Numbered from the whole stretch's first letter, positions 48,501 to 57,736 are shown. The stretch is 63,044 nucleotides of DNA, filler included, from Nanobdellati archaeon (GCA_013152815.1; 8 parts of 8 records of this genome joined end to end with filler, not necessarily neighbours in it), one strand, 5' to 3'. Notes: generated from the sequence alone by a model not told the origin. Translations and numbers: made by a program.

Positions 48501-50681
48501 TATGTCTATGCGGCCACCGATGGCCACGGGACCTTCCGGCTGGAAAAAGGGAAAGAAGAGGTTCCCCCTGAAGTTCCTCCTGCATCTCCTCCTGGTGACC
48601 CTGACACCTCGACGGTGGTCTCTGGGACACAGGTGACCATCGTCGGAAGGGGGCAAGGCATCGGCGACGGACAGGACGTTTTCCGGTACTTCTACCGGAC
48701 AGCATCGGGCGACTTTGACATCTATGTGCAGATCAAGGACCTGCAGGACAACTTTACTATGCCGAAGGCGGGCCTCATGTTCAGGGAATCGCTCGCGAGT
48801 GATTCAAGGAACATCTTCTACGGGACCACCGGTTCCTCATTGGTCTTCCAGAAGCGGAGCAGCACAGGAGGCATCACCTCCATCCTGTCAGATACTGCTC
48901 ATGGAGATGCTGCCTGGGTGAGGCTGCGACGCAGGGGAGATGTGTTCAAGAGTTTCTTTTCCTTTGACGGCATTACTTGGCATGACAATGAACAGTATAC
49001 TGTCCCGATGGCACAGGACCTTTTCGTGGGCCTGGCCGTCTCCCCTGGCGAGGATAGTCTTCTTACCGCGGTCTTCGACCAGGTGCATATTTCCAATGCT
49101 TCTTCGTCACTTCCCTCAGAGAACTACCTTGCTGTGGGCCAGGTCGTCGAGGCAGAAGCAGGGGACCTGGTGAGCCCGATGGGTGTCTCCCTGCAGCAGG
49201 AACCGACCTGTGCACAGGCTACAGAGATCTGTGACAACAATCATGATGACGACTGCGACGGCCTGGTGGACTGTGCTGACGGTGACTGTGCTTCATCGGA
49301 CGCTTGTGCACCGGGCGACCGCGGTTTCATCCGTATCGATCCGGATCATCCTCACACATTTAAGTTTGATAATGGTGAGCGGTTCTTCCCCTTCGGCGAT
49401 ACTTCCTATTATCTCTTGAGCGAGCCAGAGGATGTCATCCATGAATACATTGATTCGAGGAATGCACGAGGCTTCAACTTCATACGTGTCATCGCTTTGG
49501 GACGGGACTTTTGGCCATTCAAGAGCTCTGATCCTTCTGTGTCTAACATCGACGAGGAGAAGATGCAGAAGCTTGACCGGCTCTTTGACTATGCCGCCTC
49601 CAGGGACATGAACATCGAACTGCTCATCTGGGGCTACGGTGACAGAGGAGGCGATGGCATGTGGGGCAACACCGACCAGGAGACAGCCTGGGTCACGTAT
49701 CTCGTGCAGCGTTATGCTGACCGGAAGAACCTCTTCATGTGGACCATCACCAACGAGTTCGAACGCTACCCCGATGATGTCTACCGCTATGATGATCCAC
49801 AGGATGATGACTGGGCAGCGTCCATGGCCCAGGAGGTCAAGCGATGGGACACACACCATGTGGTGGGCGTCCATGCCAAGGCAGGGCTCGACAAGGACTA
49901 CAAGCTCGATGCGGATCATGTCAAGATGGTCACCTGGCCGCTCTGGGAAGGACATGACAGCGTCGACGTGTACAATGTGTTCAGCAGGAAAGGGCAGCTG
50001 AAAGAGGAGTGGACAACGTGCCCGACAGGAAACAAGGGTGTCATGCTGTATGATACCCCCTTTGAGGGAAAGACCTATGATGCCGTATGGACCGGCGACA
50101 GTTGGCTGTATGAATCCCCTGGCCTGGAGGATGGCATCGCAGAGGACTGGTCAAAGGGAAAACCCGTCATCAACACCGAGATGGGCTACCAGATCGAGGA
50201 GGGTGTCACTTCTTCTGAACTAGAGGACTGTCAGCTTTATCATCCTGATACAACACGGATGAACGCGTGGAAGACGGTCACGGCGGGCGGATTCATCGCA
50301 GAAGGGTTTGCCCATACAGCTGTCATCGACGGACCCATGACCTCTGATGATATCAAAACTTGGAGGCCTGAGCAGTTCGAATACCTGTATGACTTCTTCA
50401 CGACAAAGACAGAATACTGGAAGATGGCGCCCCACCTTGAGCTGGTCGCCGATGAGAACTCCCTCTTGGCCAAGCCGGGCGTCGAATATGTCGCCTATTT
50501 TCCAGAGGGCGGGACCAATTCCATCAACCTCGAGGCAGGAACCTACACCGTCGAATGGCTGCATGCCAAGACTGGCGACTACACAGAACAAGGGACCCTC
50601 ATAGTCTCTGCGGGGAACAGGGACTTCACCCCTCCCTACAGTGCTGGTGATGACTGGGTGCTGCATCTGAAGAATGCATAG
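45537..50681 (+). CDS. Large secreted multidomain CAZyme: CBM-like, dockerin-like, BNR/Asp-box beta-propellers (GH74/VPS10-like), ConA-like, Cys-rich, DUF4038 (apiosidase-like) and C-terminal beta domain
   Basis: Signal peptide MKPHSILLVFF...VLA; TIEAE; GDANGDDKVDVLD / ADLNGDGVVDVVD; more than 10 SxDGGxTW boxes; FFPFGDTSY..RGFNFIR..ITNEFE..KPVINTEMGY; YVAYFPEGG...DWVLHL. Confidence 0.88.
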   Translation: MKPHSILLVFFVLFLFSLPVLAGTDTIEAEHGATGTFSIHEAVSASNQAYVAATKKYDGSRASYRFSIPVEGTYQVKARILTPDPTWVHDSFFVGMDDEPADHDDDYAWHTGPHETFEWVQVTRKNLPDSWVLSAGTHTVHFYVRENDTHLDAIRIPGAAMICDQPGCASENVTENDTSPGNDTFCPGDANGDDKVDVLDLNIVSVNYGLSSGFDSRADLNGDGVVDVVDIVSVNYGTTCAGTPSSEETMTLVDGFSGWASHDVDFSSGMGGASPTSTFAASPVGTSPADPANRITGFAAASSGGSTDDTSYHWTQIGPGAGGWFRAVRFHPDDPNIVYMGGDRSGMHKSYDGGKTWKIRSDGLYHHSIEDIAVYGDTVIIATNGGVYKSEDAGEHWKYVWESIIGPLQRTGEVDQRSWIASVFIHPADPNLMFAGSGGHHPWYSHPDETNIYRSTDGGETWEIFNTGLLEHSNDVILSFSGDPHDENIVFAGTRNNLYRSTDAGKTWSRIRPKGSWYSVVDPKDGNIVYTADYMTSGGRNVYKSTDGGHSWMTAYGGMDEDAIAEEIHFDPKNPENLYAGIRSRSIRQIYKSIDGGTSWQNIGVPDWSAYNALPAWLKAGVATSFDVQSGKIIFVPTILLSDNDGQTWEPGYTVDMGNDYWKGTGPEILVARKTAIHPTIPGKIYSVVADKGLLMSLDYGDTWKHLKQVEETYTAEKMDENGNPYKCYSGWNLALDKNNPDIMYAGMIWNLKDTNGESVGVITKSTDGGETWNELRGLPERRSQWLSTLQNGDVFVYLQWNGLWRSQNGGSSWVHVSDGLPNNVAGVVLPDPRDENTVYLTVQWEGLWKSTRGGDRNSWTKMADGVITHPKSLDIGPDGTIWIGQGSSNTGVWKSTDGGEHFTRVFKLETDQYGINAGDKIQYADVAVDPADPDTVYVGMKDSGIVNRVWVGPGVYVTRDGGQTWSSLNDGLVHGNVYGIDIDSLSGYVYAATDGHGTFRLEKGKEEVPPEVPPASPPGDPDTSTVVSGTQVTIVGRGQGIGDGQDVFRYFYRTASGDFDIYVQIKDLQDNFTMPKAGLMFRESLASDSRNIFYGTTGSSLVFQKRSSTGGITSILSDTAHGDAAWVRLRRRGDVFKSFFSFDGITWHDNEQYTVPMAQDLFVGLAVSPGEDSLLTAVFDQVHISNASSSLPSENYLAVGQVVEAEAGDLVSPMGVSLQQEPTCAQATEICDNNHDDDCDGLVDCADGDCASSDACAPGDRGFIRIDPDHPHTFKFDNGERFFPFGDTSYYLLSEPEDVIHEYIDSRNARGFNFIRVIALGRDFWPFKSSDPSVSNIDEEKMQKLDRLFDYAASRDMNIELLIWGYGDRGGDGMWGNTDQETAWVTYLVQRYADRKNLFMWTITNEFERYPDDVYRYDDPQDDDWAASMAQEVKRWDTHHVVGVHAKAGLDKDYKLDADHVKMVTWPLWEGHDSVDVYNVFSRKGQLKEEWTTCPTGNKGVMLYDTPFEGKTYDAVWTGDSWLYESPGLEDGIAEDWSKGKPVINTEMGYQIEEGVTSSELEDCQLYHPDTTRMNAWKTVTAGGFIAEGFAHTAVIDGPMTSDDIKTWRPEQFEYLYDFFTTKTEYWKMAPHLELVADENSLLAKPGVEYVAYFPEGGTNSINLEAGTYTVEWLHAKTGDYTEQGTLIVSAGNRDFTPPYSAGDDWVLHLKNA

Positions 50682-50787
50682 AACGTTTTGCGTGTGCAGA
50701 ATCCATAAAAAGAAGAGATGTCTATGTCTGTGTAAGAACGATAGGGGGCGGCCTTTTGTATTCTGGTCATCATGGGGAAGAAACTGT

Positions 50788-50958
50788 TTACCTATGTGAA
50801 AAAAGGGAGATGACAACTTTATTTACGTTGTCAAGATCTTTTAAGCGTTCCTGAATCATCGCGGTCTTTCCGCATTGTCTTGGTCCGACCATCGCTATGA
50901 TCTCTTTTGTTTTCAGGAACCTATGGATATTTTTTTCTAACTCTCTTTGGATATACCT
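50788..50958 (-). pseudogene. Relic N-terminus of an AAA_14/DUF4143-type ATPase
   Basis: Reads RYIQRELEKNIHRFLKTKEIIAMVGPRQCGKTAMIQ...*; the Walker A motif is present, AGG sits where ATG is expected, and the frame stops after 56 codons. Confidence 0.7.
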
Positions 50959-51311
50959 GTGGTGAAGAATAACCCTGCTGATATTCAGATCTTTCTAACC
51001 CTTGGTTTGTCCTATCGTGATCATGTGCGGGTATGCTGTGTTGTGGTTGGTTGTGGCGTGTCCTGTCTGGCATTGTTTTTTCTTACAATGGTATATTGTT
51101 CTACTTACAATAGTTGGGGGGTTATTTATAAACTACCCGCAAACTATTTATATAATTACTTACAAAGATACATCTATTTACTTATAAATATTGACTGAGT
51201 TCCTATGAAGACCCGCCAAATACAGAGACTACCTACCGATAGCAGATAAAAATCACTGACAACAACCAAGGCAGAACAGAGAAGAAGAGCAGGGAACAAC
51301 TCATCTCAGTA

Positions 51312-51758
51312 GTGCAAGATAGCTTTCTCCATCTGAAACAGGAGCATGGTTTCACCCTTGACGAAATATTGGCCCTGTTCAAGGATGCGGAACTGATGAT
51401 GCCTGCTTCCCTCTTCAAGGAGGAAGGAAGCCCCCTTTCTCTTGTGGTCCACTATCTTCTTGAGGATTGCCATCTCCTGCTCAAAGATATCCCTCCTCTC
51501 CTCCATCGCAGCTACCATGCGGTCTGGGGAGCAGCCCGACGCATCAAAGGAAGACGGTGGATACGGCTGGAAGAAACCTCTTACCATGTGCCGATGAGCT
51601 GCTTCTCCTCTGGTTTGTCCATCATGGAATCCATAGTCGTCTACCTCAAAGAACGGCTCGGCCTAACCTATCATGACATAGCGGATGCGCTCGGCCGGGA
51701 TGACAGGACCGTCTGGACCTATCATCATCGAGCATTGAAAAAGAGGAGGACATCATGA
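51312..51758 (+). CDS. Tandem HTH (sigma-70 region-4-like) protein
   Basis: Two related units: LVVHYLLE...I..LLHRSY.AVW and IVVYLKERLGLTYHDIADALGRDDRTVWT. Confidence 0.75.
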   Translation: MQDSFLHLKQEHGFTLDEILALFKDAELMMPASLFKEEGSPLSLVVHYLLEDCHLLLKDIPPLLHRSYHAVWGAARRIKGRRWIRLEETSYHVPMSCFSSGLSIMESIVVYLKERLGLTYHDIADALGRDDRTVWTYHHRALKKRRTS

Positions 51759-52142
51759 AGGTCTCTCCTTTCATCCTCACCGGGAAGCGGGCTGCTCGGG
51801 AGCTCACACGCATACAGTCCTCACGGAAACAATTGGTCCGGGAGCTTAGCTCGCTTCGAATCCTTCTCGAAAAAGGGAAACTCACCGAAGAGCGCTATGC
51901 TGCCCGTAAACAAGACCTCCTGAAAGGGCAGCCTCTCCATGCCCGGATAAGCGAGTATGAGCATCGGGCAAGGACGCTCGAAAACCGTCTCTCGCCCATG
52001 GCTTTTGTCATCCCTGTCCTGCTCCTGCTTGCTGTAGCCATGGGGTTCATGGTCGTTCCTTCTTTTACTGGTTTTTTTACGTATAGGAATGTTTCTGTTT
52101 CTACGGATCGTGTTGGTTTGGTGTTTTCTGATGGTGGTTCGT
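51755..52142 (+). CDS. Membrane-anchored protein, 3'-truncated
   Basis: ATGA overlap with the upstream gene; TM segment followed by PSFTGFF. Confidence 0.65.
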
Positions 52143-52242
52143 NNNNNNNNNNNNNNNNNNNNNNNNNNNNNNNNNNNNNNNNNNNNTTAATTAATTAANN
52201 NNNNNNNNNNNNNNNNNNNNNNNNNNNNNNNNNNNNNNNNNN
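52143..52242. other. Artificial contig spacer
   Basis: N-run with TTAATTAATTAA. Confidence 0.99.
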
Positions 52243-52323
52243 GGGACAGGATGCGACAGAATAAAACAGAATGATGCTCTGAGAACACATAATCTTTTAT
52301 TGCTTTCACCATTAGCTTTCACC

Positions 52324-52956
52324 ATGGCACAGCTCTCCAATCCTGCGAAGGCCCAGCATCCATTGCCGGCAGACCAGGATGCAAAGACTCTGGCAGGCAG
52401 GCTCAGGTCCATCGATGATGATAAGAAGCTCACCGAAGAGCAGCAGGTGGAGCAGAGATATGAGACCTTCCTGGCCTACTCCAAGAAGAACTGGGTCGCG
52501 CGGCAGGTCGTTCTGGAGCGGACCACGTTCGCAGAAGAATATGACAGGCTCATCAAGGCCTATGAAAAGAAGGTCTATGAGCCGTTCTTGATACCCGAAG
52601 GATCAAAGATCCGGATCAGCCAGCTGGAGAGCTGCATCGGTGATGCCCTGCTCAGGGACGAACTGGTCGACAACATATCCGGAAACTGGCTGGGAAGCGG
52701 TTTTATCTTCAGTATCGTCGGTAGCCTCCTGGCACTCGCCGTAAGATACGGGGAGGATACTGAGAAAGGCGAGAAGATGCCACGGAGGGAGTTCTTTTCC
52801 ATCCTGAAGGTAGCTGCCGGCGGAGGATTTTTCCTGGGCGGCACTCTGGGCTATGCCGAATCGATCAAGAGAGAAGACCGGCTCCATCATCTCCAGGAGA
52901 ATGCCCGGTATCTCGATCGAACCTACCAGCTCATCAGGCCGCTCATCCATCCCTGA
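52324..52956 (+). CDS. Hypothetical membrane protein
   Basis: Two hydrophobic segments flanking an internal RREFF motif. Confidence 0.65.
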   Translation: MAQLSNPAKAQHPLPADQDAKTLAGRLRSIDDDKKLTEEQQVEQRYETFLAYSKKNWVARQVVLERTTFAEEYDRLIKAYEKKVYEPFLIPEGSKIRISQLESCIGDALLRDELVDNISGNWLGSGFIFSIVGSLLALAVRYGEDTEKGEKMPRREFFSILKVAAGGGFFLGGTLGYAESIKREDRLHHLQENARYLDRTYQLIRPLIHP

Positions 52957-52959
52957 TGT

Positions 52960-53019
52960 CTCTCCTCTTTGCTCTCCTCTTTGCTCTCCTCTTTGCTCTC
53001 CTCTTTGTTCTCTTCTGTG
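52960..53019. repeat. 12-bp tandem repeat CTCTCCTCTTTG x4 plus one degenerate copy
   Basis: Directly visible just after the stop of the upstream gene. Confidence 0.92.
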
Positions 53020-53266
53020 CTCCGCCCAAAAAGCTACCTGAGGAGCTGAAATGGTCGAAAGTATTTTATATCTCATCAGATTAGCCAGGGACTATGCATC
53101 AGCGACCCATCTCGATCAAGGTATGTTGTTAGTTCGTTCTCTCATCGTCTGGTCTGCTGGCTCGCTGGTCCATCCGCTGTTGCCGTTCTCTCTGCTCTTT
53201 CACCCTGGCACCCTGGTCAACCCCTTCTGAGCCAGACATACCTCTGCATGGGAGAGGAGGAAGAAG

Positions 53267-54262
53267 ATGTATGTGAAACAAGCATTTGAACAGGAGTTCC
53301 TGGTGAAGACAGATATGCTCGGTGAGATCGGCAAGACTCCTCTGGTGAGGATAAACAAGCTGGCGAAAGGCATCTCCAGCACGGTCTTGGCCAAACTTGA
53401 ATATTTTAATCCCACCGGCAGCATCAAGGACAGGATGGCCCAGTTCATGGTGAAGGACGCAGAAGAACGGGGCCTCCTGCGGCCAGGAGGGACCATCGTG
53501 GAGAACACGTCCGGCAACACCGGAGCAGGCCTTGCGTTGGTCGCAGCAATACGAGGATACCGCGCGGTCTTCACCATCCCTGACAAGATGAGCCAGGAAA
53601 AGATAGACTTTCTGAGGGCGTTTGGCGCAGAAGTGATCGTGTGCCCGACAGACGTTGCGCCTGAAGACCCTCAGAGCTATTATAGCGTCGCCAGGAGAAT
53701 CGCAAAAGAGAGAAACGCGTTCTACCCTGACCAGTACAACAATCCGAAGAACATCGAGGCGCATTACCGCACTACGGGCCCTGAGATCTGGGAACAGACC
53801 GACGGAAACGTTGATGTGCTGATCGCAGGGATGGGTACAGGAGGGACGTTGACCGGAACAGGAAGATATCTCAAGGAGAAAAACCCTGACCTCAAGATCG
53901 TCGCGGTGGATCCCTACGGAAGCGTTTTTCATGACTACTGGCGGTACCGGAAGCGATCCTCTCCTCAGGTGTACCGCCTGGAAGGGATCGGGGAAGACCA
54001 TATCGTGAAATGTGTCGACTTCGGCCTGATCGATGAGATGATCCAGGTGAATGATCAGGAGAGCTTTCTTGCTGCAAGAAGACTGGCGAGAGAAGAAGGC
54101 ATCTTTGCGGGAGGTTCATCGGGCGCTGCGATGTCAGCAGCGCTGCGGTATCTGAAAGACAGGTCCGATCTCACTGCAGTGATCATCTTTCCTGATTCCG
54201 GATTCAAGTATCTGAGCAAGATCTTCAATGACCGGTGGATGGAACGAGAGGGATTCCTATGA
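53267..54262 (+). CDS. PLP-dependent cystathionine beta-synthase / cysteine synthase family protein
   Basis: KLEYFNPTGSIKDR, ENTSGNTG, PDKMSQEK, GMGTGGT, EGIGED, PDSGFKYLSK; VCPTDV.PEDP.SYY is CBS-like. Confidence 0.92.
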   Translation: MYVKQAFEQEFLVKTDMLGEIGKTPLVRINKLAKGISSTVLAKLEYFNPTGSIKDRMAQFMVKDAEERGLLRPGGTIVENTSGNTGAGLALVAAIRGYRAVFTIPDKMSQEKIDFLRAFGAEVIVCPTDVAPEDPQSYYSVARRIAKERNAFYPDQYNNPKNIEAHYRTTGPEIWEQTDGNVDVLIAGMGTGGTLTGTGRYLKEKNPDLKIVAVDPYGSVFHDYWRYRKRSSPQVYRLEGIGEDHIVKCVDFGLIDEMIQVNDQESFLAARRLAREEGIFAGGSSGAAMSAALRYLKDRSDLTAVIIFPDSGFKYLSKIFNDRWMEREGFL

Positions 54263-55413
54263 GAGATTCGACAAGAGCGATACATCAACAACAGCACACA
54301 TACCAAGACGAGCATCATGGGGCAGTCAACACCCCGGTGTATCTTACCTCGACCTATGTCCAGAAGAGCCCCGGCGTATATGACATCTATGATTATTCAA
54401 GGACGGCCAACCCGACAAGAACCGCTCTGCAGCAGACGCTCGCAGGACTCGAAGGGGCAAAGCACGCCCTGGTGTTCTCCTCGGGGATGGGTGCCATACA
54501 GACGGTGATGTCCCTGTTCGACAACCATACGCATATCCTCTGCATAGATGACCTTTATGGCGGCACCCATCGGTTGTTTGAGCAGGTCCTGAAGAAGTTC
54601 GGAATGCGGTTCTCTTACGTTGACCTGTCAGACGCGAAAGACGTGGAAACTGCCATCGTCCCGGAGACCAGAGCGATATGGATCGAGAGCCCGACCAACC
54701 CTCTGCTCAAGATAACCGACATAAAGCGGATAGCAGAGATAGCGAAGAAGCACGATATCCTGACCATCGTGGACAACACCTTTGCGACCCCGTTCTTCCA
54801 GAAGCCTCTTGGTCTGGGTGCTGATATCGTGGTGCACAGCCTGACCAAATATGTGAACGGCCACAGCGATGTCGTGGCAGGCGCGGTGATGGTCGACGAA
54901 GATCGGCTCTTTGAGCGGCTGCAGTTCCTCCAGAACGCCGTCGGCGCGATTCCGGGCCCGTTTGACTGCTTCCTGATTCACAGGGGCATAAAGACCTTTC
55001 CGTTAAGGATGAAGAAGCACGAGGAGAATGCGTCGAGGATAGCAACGTATCTTGAGCGACACAAGAACGTGAAGAGGGTCATCTATCCCGGACTGGGGAG
55101 CCATCCTGGCCATGCTGTCGCAAGAAGGCAGATGAGCGGATTCTCAGGAATGATCAGCTTTGAGATACAGGGGAATCTGGAGGATGCCCGGACCATGCTG
55201 GAACGCCTGAAGCTCTTCAAGCTTGCTGAAAGCCTCGGAGGGGTGATGAGCCTTGCGGATCATCCTGCGACGATGACCCATTCAGCGATCCCCCGGGCTG
55301 AGCGAGAAAAGAGAGGCATCAGCGACACCCTGATACGGCTGTCGGTGGGAATTGAAGATGCAGAGGATCTCCTGGATGATCTTGACCAGGCACTCCGACC
55401 CAGGAACGCATAG
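54259..55413 (+). CDS. Cystathionine gamma-lyase/synthase
   Basis: YSRTANPTR, DDLYGGT, ESPTNP, VDNTFATP, HSLTKY.NGHSD, LAESLGGV, IRLSVGIE. Confidence 0.93.
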   Translation: MRDSTRAIHQQQHTYQDEHHGAVNTPVYLTSTYVQKSPGVYDIYDYSRTANPTRTALQQTLAGLEGAKHALVFSSGMGAIQTVMSLFDNHTHILCIDDLYGGTHRLFEQVLKKFGMRFSYVDLSDAKDVETAIVPETRAIWIESPTNPLLKITDIKRIAEIAKKHDILTIVDNTFATPFFQKPLGLGADIVVHSLTKYVNGHSDVVAGAVMVDEDRLFERLQFLQNAVGAIPGPFDCFLIHRGIKTFPLRMKKHEENASRIATYLERHKNVKRVIYPGLGSHPGHAVARRQMSGFSGMISFEIQGNLEDARTMLERLKLFKLAESLGGVMSLADHPATMTHSAIPRAEREKRGISDTLIRLSVGIEDAEDLLDDLDQALRPRNA

Positions 55414-55456
55414 AAAGAGAAGTTTTTTATTTCATCTGTCATTCATGGTCATTATC

Positions 55457-56854
55457 ATGGCGCTCAGACTCTACAATACGCTCACCAGGAAGAAGGGACC
55501 CTTCAGGGAGATCAAGAAAGGAGAAGTAGGGATGTACTCCTGCGGACCTACGGTGTACGACTATGCCCACATAGGGAACTTCCGCGCCTACATCACCTCT
55601 GACCTGTTGAAACGGTACCTGCTCTACAGAGGCTATAAGGTCAAGCACGTCATGAACATAACAGATGTGGACGACAAGACCATCAAGAACTCCCGGGAAG
55701 CAGGCGAGTCGCTGAAGGACTACACTGACAGGTACACCAAGGCATTCTTCGAGGATCTCGATGCGTTGAACATCCTGCCGGCAGACGTCTTTCCTCGGGC
55801 CACCGAGACCATAACTCCCATGGTCGACATGATTAAGACCCTCTTGGACAAGGGCCTTGCTTACAAGGGCGAGGACGGTTCTGTCTACTATAACGTCAAG
55901 GCATTCAAAGGCTATGGGAAGCTCTCCGGTATCAGGCATCAGGAGCTCAAGGCAGGAGCCAGGGTGAACCAGGACGAGTACACCAAGGACGAGGCCCAGG
56001 ACTTCGCCCTCTGGAAGGCCTGGACCGAGGAGGACGGCGACGTCTTCTGGGATACTCCTCTGGGCAAGGGACGGCCCGGCTGGCACATCGAATGCTCAGC
56101 CATGTCGACATCGAACCTGGGCAACCATTTCGACATCCACACCGGCGGCATCGACCTCATCTTTCCCCATCACGAGAACGAGATCGCCCAGAGCGAGGGC
56201 TGCACAGGAGAACCCTTCGTCAACTACTGGGTGCACAACGAATGGCTCCTGGTCGAGGGCAAGAAGATGAGCAAGTCCCTGGGAAACTTCTACACCCTCC
56301 GGGACCTCCTCAGGAAGGGGTACTCGGCCAAGGCCGTCCGCTACCTCCTGCTCTCCAACCATTACAAGCTCCAGGCGAACTTCACCCTCGAAGGGCTGAA
56401 GATGGCCGAGAACACCATCCAGCGTTTCCGCGAGTTCATCCTCCGGCTCACCGAGCTTGAGGGAGATGACCGCACCGACAACGTGACGCGGCTCATCAGG
56501 CAGGCAAAGGAGGGCTTTGAATCCCAGATGGACGACGACCTCAACATAGGCCCTGCCCTGTCGGTCATCTTCGAGTTCATACGCGAGATCAACAAGCTTC
56601 TGGATGAGCATGGCCTGAGCAAGAAGGATGCCGAAGAGGCTTTTTCCTTCATCAACAGCATCGACCAGGTCCTGGGCATCCTCAACTTCAAGGAGGAACG
56701 CATACCAGAAGAGGTGCGAAGACTTGCCGAAGAGCGTGAGGTGGCGAGGAACAACAAGGACTGGAAAAAGGCTGATGAACTGAGAGACACGCTCAAAGGA
56801 TTAGGGTACGCGGTGGACGACACCGATAAGGGAAGCCGGATCAAGAGATTGTGA
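55457..56854 (+). CDS. cysS: Cysteine--tRNA ligase
   Basis: CGPTVYDYAHIGN, NITDVDDK, DFALWK, GRPGWHIECSAM, FPHHENEIAQ, KMSKS. Confidence 0.97.
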   Translation: MALRLYNTLTRKKGPFREIKKGEVGMYSCGPTVYDYAHIGNFRAYITSDLLKRYLLYRGYKVKHVMNITDVDDKTIKNSREAGESLKDYTDRYTKAFFEDLDALNILPADVFPRATETITPMVDMIKTLLDKGLAYKGEDGSVYYNVKAFKGYGKLSGIRHQELKAGARVNQDEYTKDEAQDFALWKAWTEEDGDVFWDTPLGKGRPGWHIECSAMSTSNLGNHFDIHTGGIDLIFPHHENEIAQSEGCTGEPFVNYWVHNEWLLVEGKKMSKSLGNFYTLRDLLRKGYSAKAVRYLLLSNHYKLQANFTLEGLKMAENTIQRFREFILRLTELEGDDRTDNVTRLIRQAKEGFESQMDDDLNIGPALSVIFEFIREINKLLDEHGLSKKDAEEAFSFINSIDQVLGILNFKEERIPEEVRRLAEEREVARNNKDWKKADELRDTLKGLGYAVDDTDKGSRIKRL

Positions 56855-57080
56855 TGCTCCTCAGCTTTCTCATCATCACCGAGAAGACGACGAACATGTT
56901 GGACAGTGTCATAGAGCATGCAACAGACCAGATGACCTTCAAACCAGATTCTGACGGATTCTCTCTGGCGAACGAAGATTTCCGGATCGACTATTCTGCT
57001 TCTGCCGGCCTGGACTCGGTGTCCGAATGCGTTACATATTGATGGGGAGAGGACGTTGATTTCCGGCACCGAAGGGGAAG

Positions 57081-57089
57081 ATTTAAATA
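57081..57089 (+). promoter_or_regulatory. Archaeal TATA box with purine-rich BRE upstream of the toxin-antitoxin pair
   Basis: GGGGAAG-ATTTAAATA about 35 nt before ATG 57123. Confidence 0.55.
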
Positions 57090-57122
57090 TACTTGAGTAT
57101 ACCCGGGTATACGGTGAGGAAT

Positions 57123-57362
57123 ATGGATGCGACAACAATAAAGGTTCATGGAGATACAAAGATCCAATTAGATCAGTTCAGAGAATATAAGAATGAGAGT
57201 TATGATGAGGTTATTAAGAAAATGCTCTACATAGCAAGAAAAGCCAGGACCAGACCAGAATTAAGTAAGGAAGCGGTCATCGCTATTGAAAACGCTAGAC
57301 GAAGAATGAAAGCAGGTAATTTTGTTTCTGAAGAAGAAGCAAAAAGGAGGCTTGGCTTTTAG
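57123..57362 (+). CDS. Putative antitoxin (ribbon-helix-helix-like)
   Basis: TTIKV..DTK..L......ESYDEVI; C-terminal G.FVSEEEAKRRLG; directly upstream of relE. Confidence 0.8.
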   Translation: MDATTIKVHGDTKIQLDQFREYKNESYDEVIKKMLYIARKARTRPELSKEAVIAIENARRRMKAGNFVSEEEAKRRLGF

Positions 57363-57617
57363 ATGCATGACATGATTTTTGATCCTGAAGCAATCGAATT
57401 CCTGGAGAAATGTGAAAAAGAATTAGCTAAGAGGATCTGGAATAAACTCATGTCAACAAAGGACAACCCTCATCATTTCTTTGAAAGATTGACCGGCAGG
57501 AAAGATTACAAACTAAGGGTTGGCGATCATAGAGTTGTTGCAGACATCGATGATAATGAAAAGAAGATAGAAATAACCCTCATCGGACATAGAAAGAACA
57601 TTTACAAAAATCTTTAA
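57363..57617 (+). CDS. relE: RelE/ParE-family toxin
   Basis: YKLRVGDHRVV...I.LIGHRKNIY. Confidence 0.85.
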   Translation: MHDMIFDPEAIEFLEKCEKELAKRIWNKLMSTKDNPHHFFERLTGRKDYKLRVGDHRVVADIDDNEKKIEITLIGHRKNIYKNL

Positions 57618-57636
57618 GGTGCCAAAGATCAAGTTC

Positions 57637-57736
57637 NNNNNNNNNNNNNNNNNNNNNNNNNNNNNNNNNNNNNNNNNNNNTTAATTAATTAANNNNNNNN
57701 NNNNNNNNNNNNNNNNNNNNNNNNNNNNNNNNNNNN
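57637..57736. other. Artificial contig spacer
   Basis: N-run with TTAATTAATTAA. Confidence 0.99.

Noticed and set aside
52780..52800. RREFF twin-arginine-like motif
   Set aside because: It is internal, after a TM segment, and not an N-terminal Tat signal.
56851..57042. 63-aa ORF after cysS
   Set aside because: No motif or clear RBS; cannot be supported as a gene.
8480..57736. Seven regularly recurring TTAATTAATTAA elements inside N-runs
   Set aside because: Artificial contig linkers. Gene adjacency across them has no biological meaning, and ORFs running into them are truncated.
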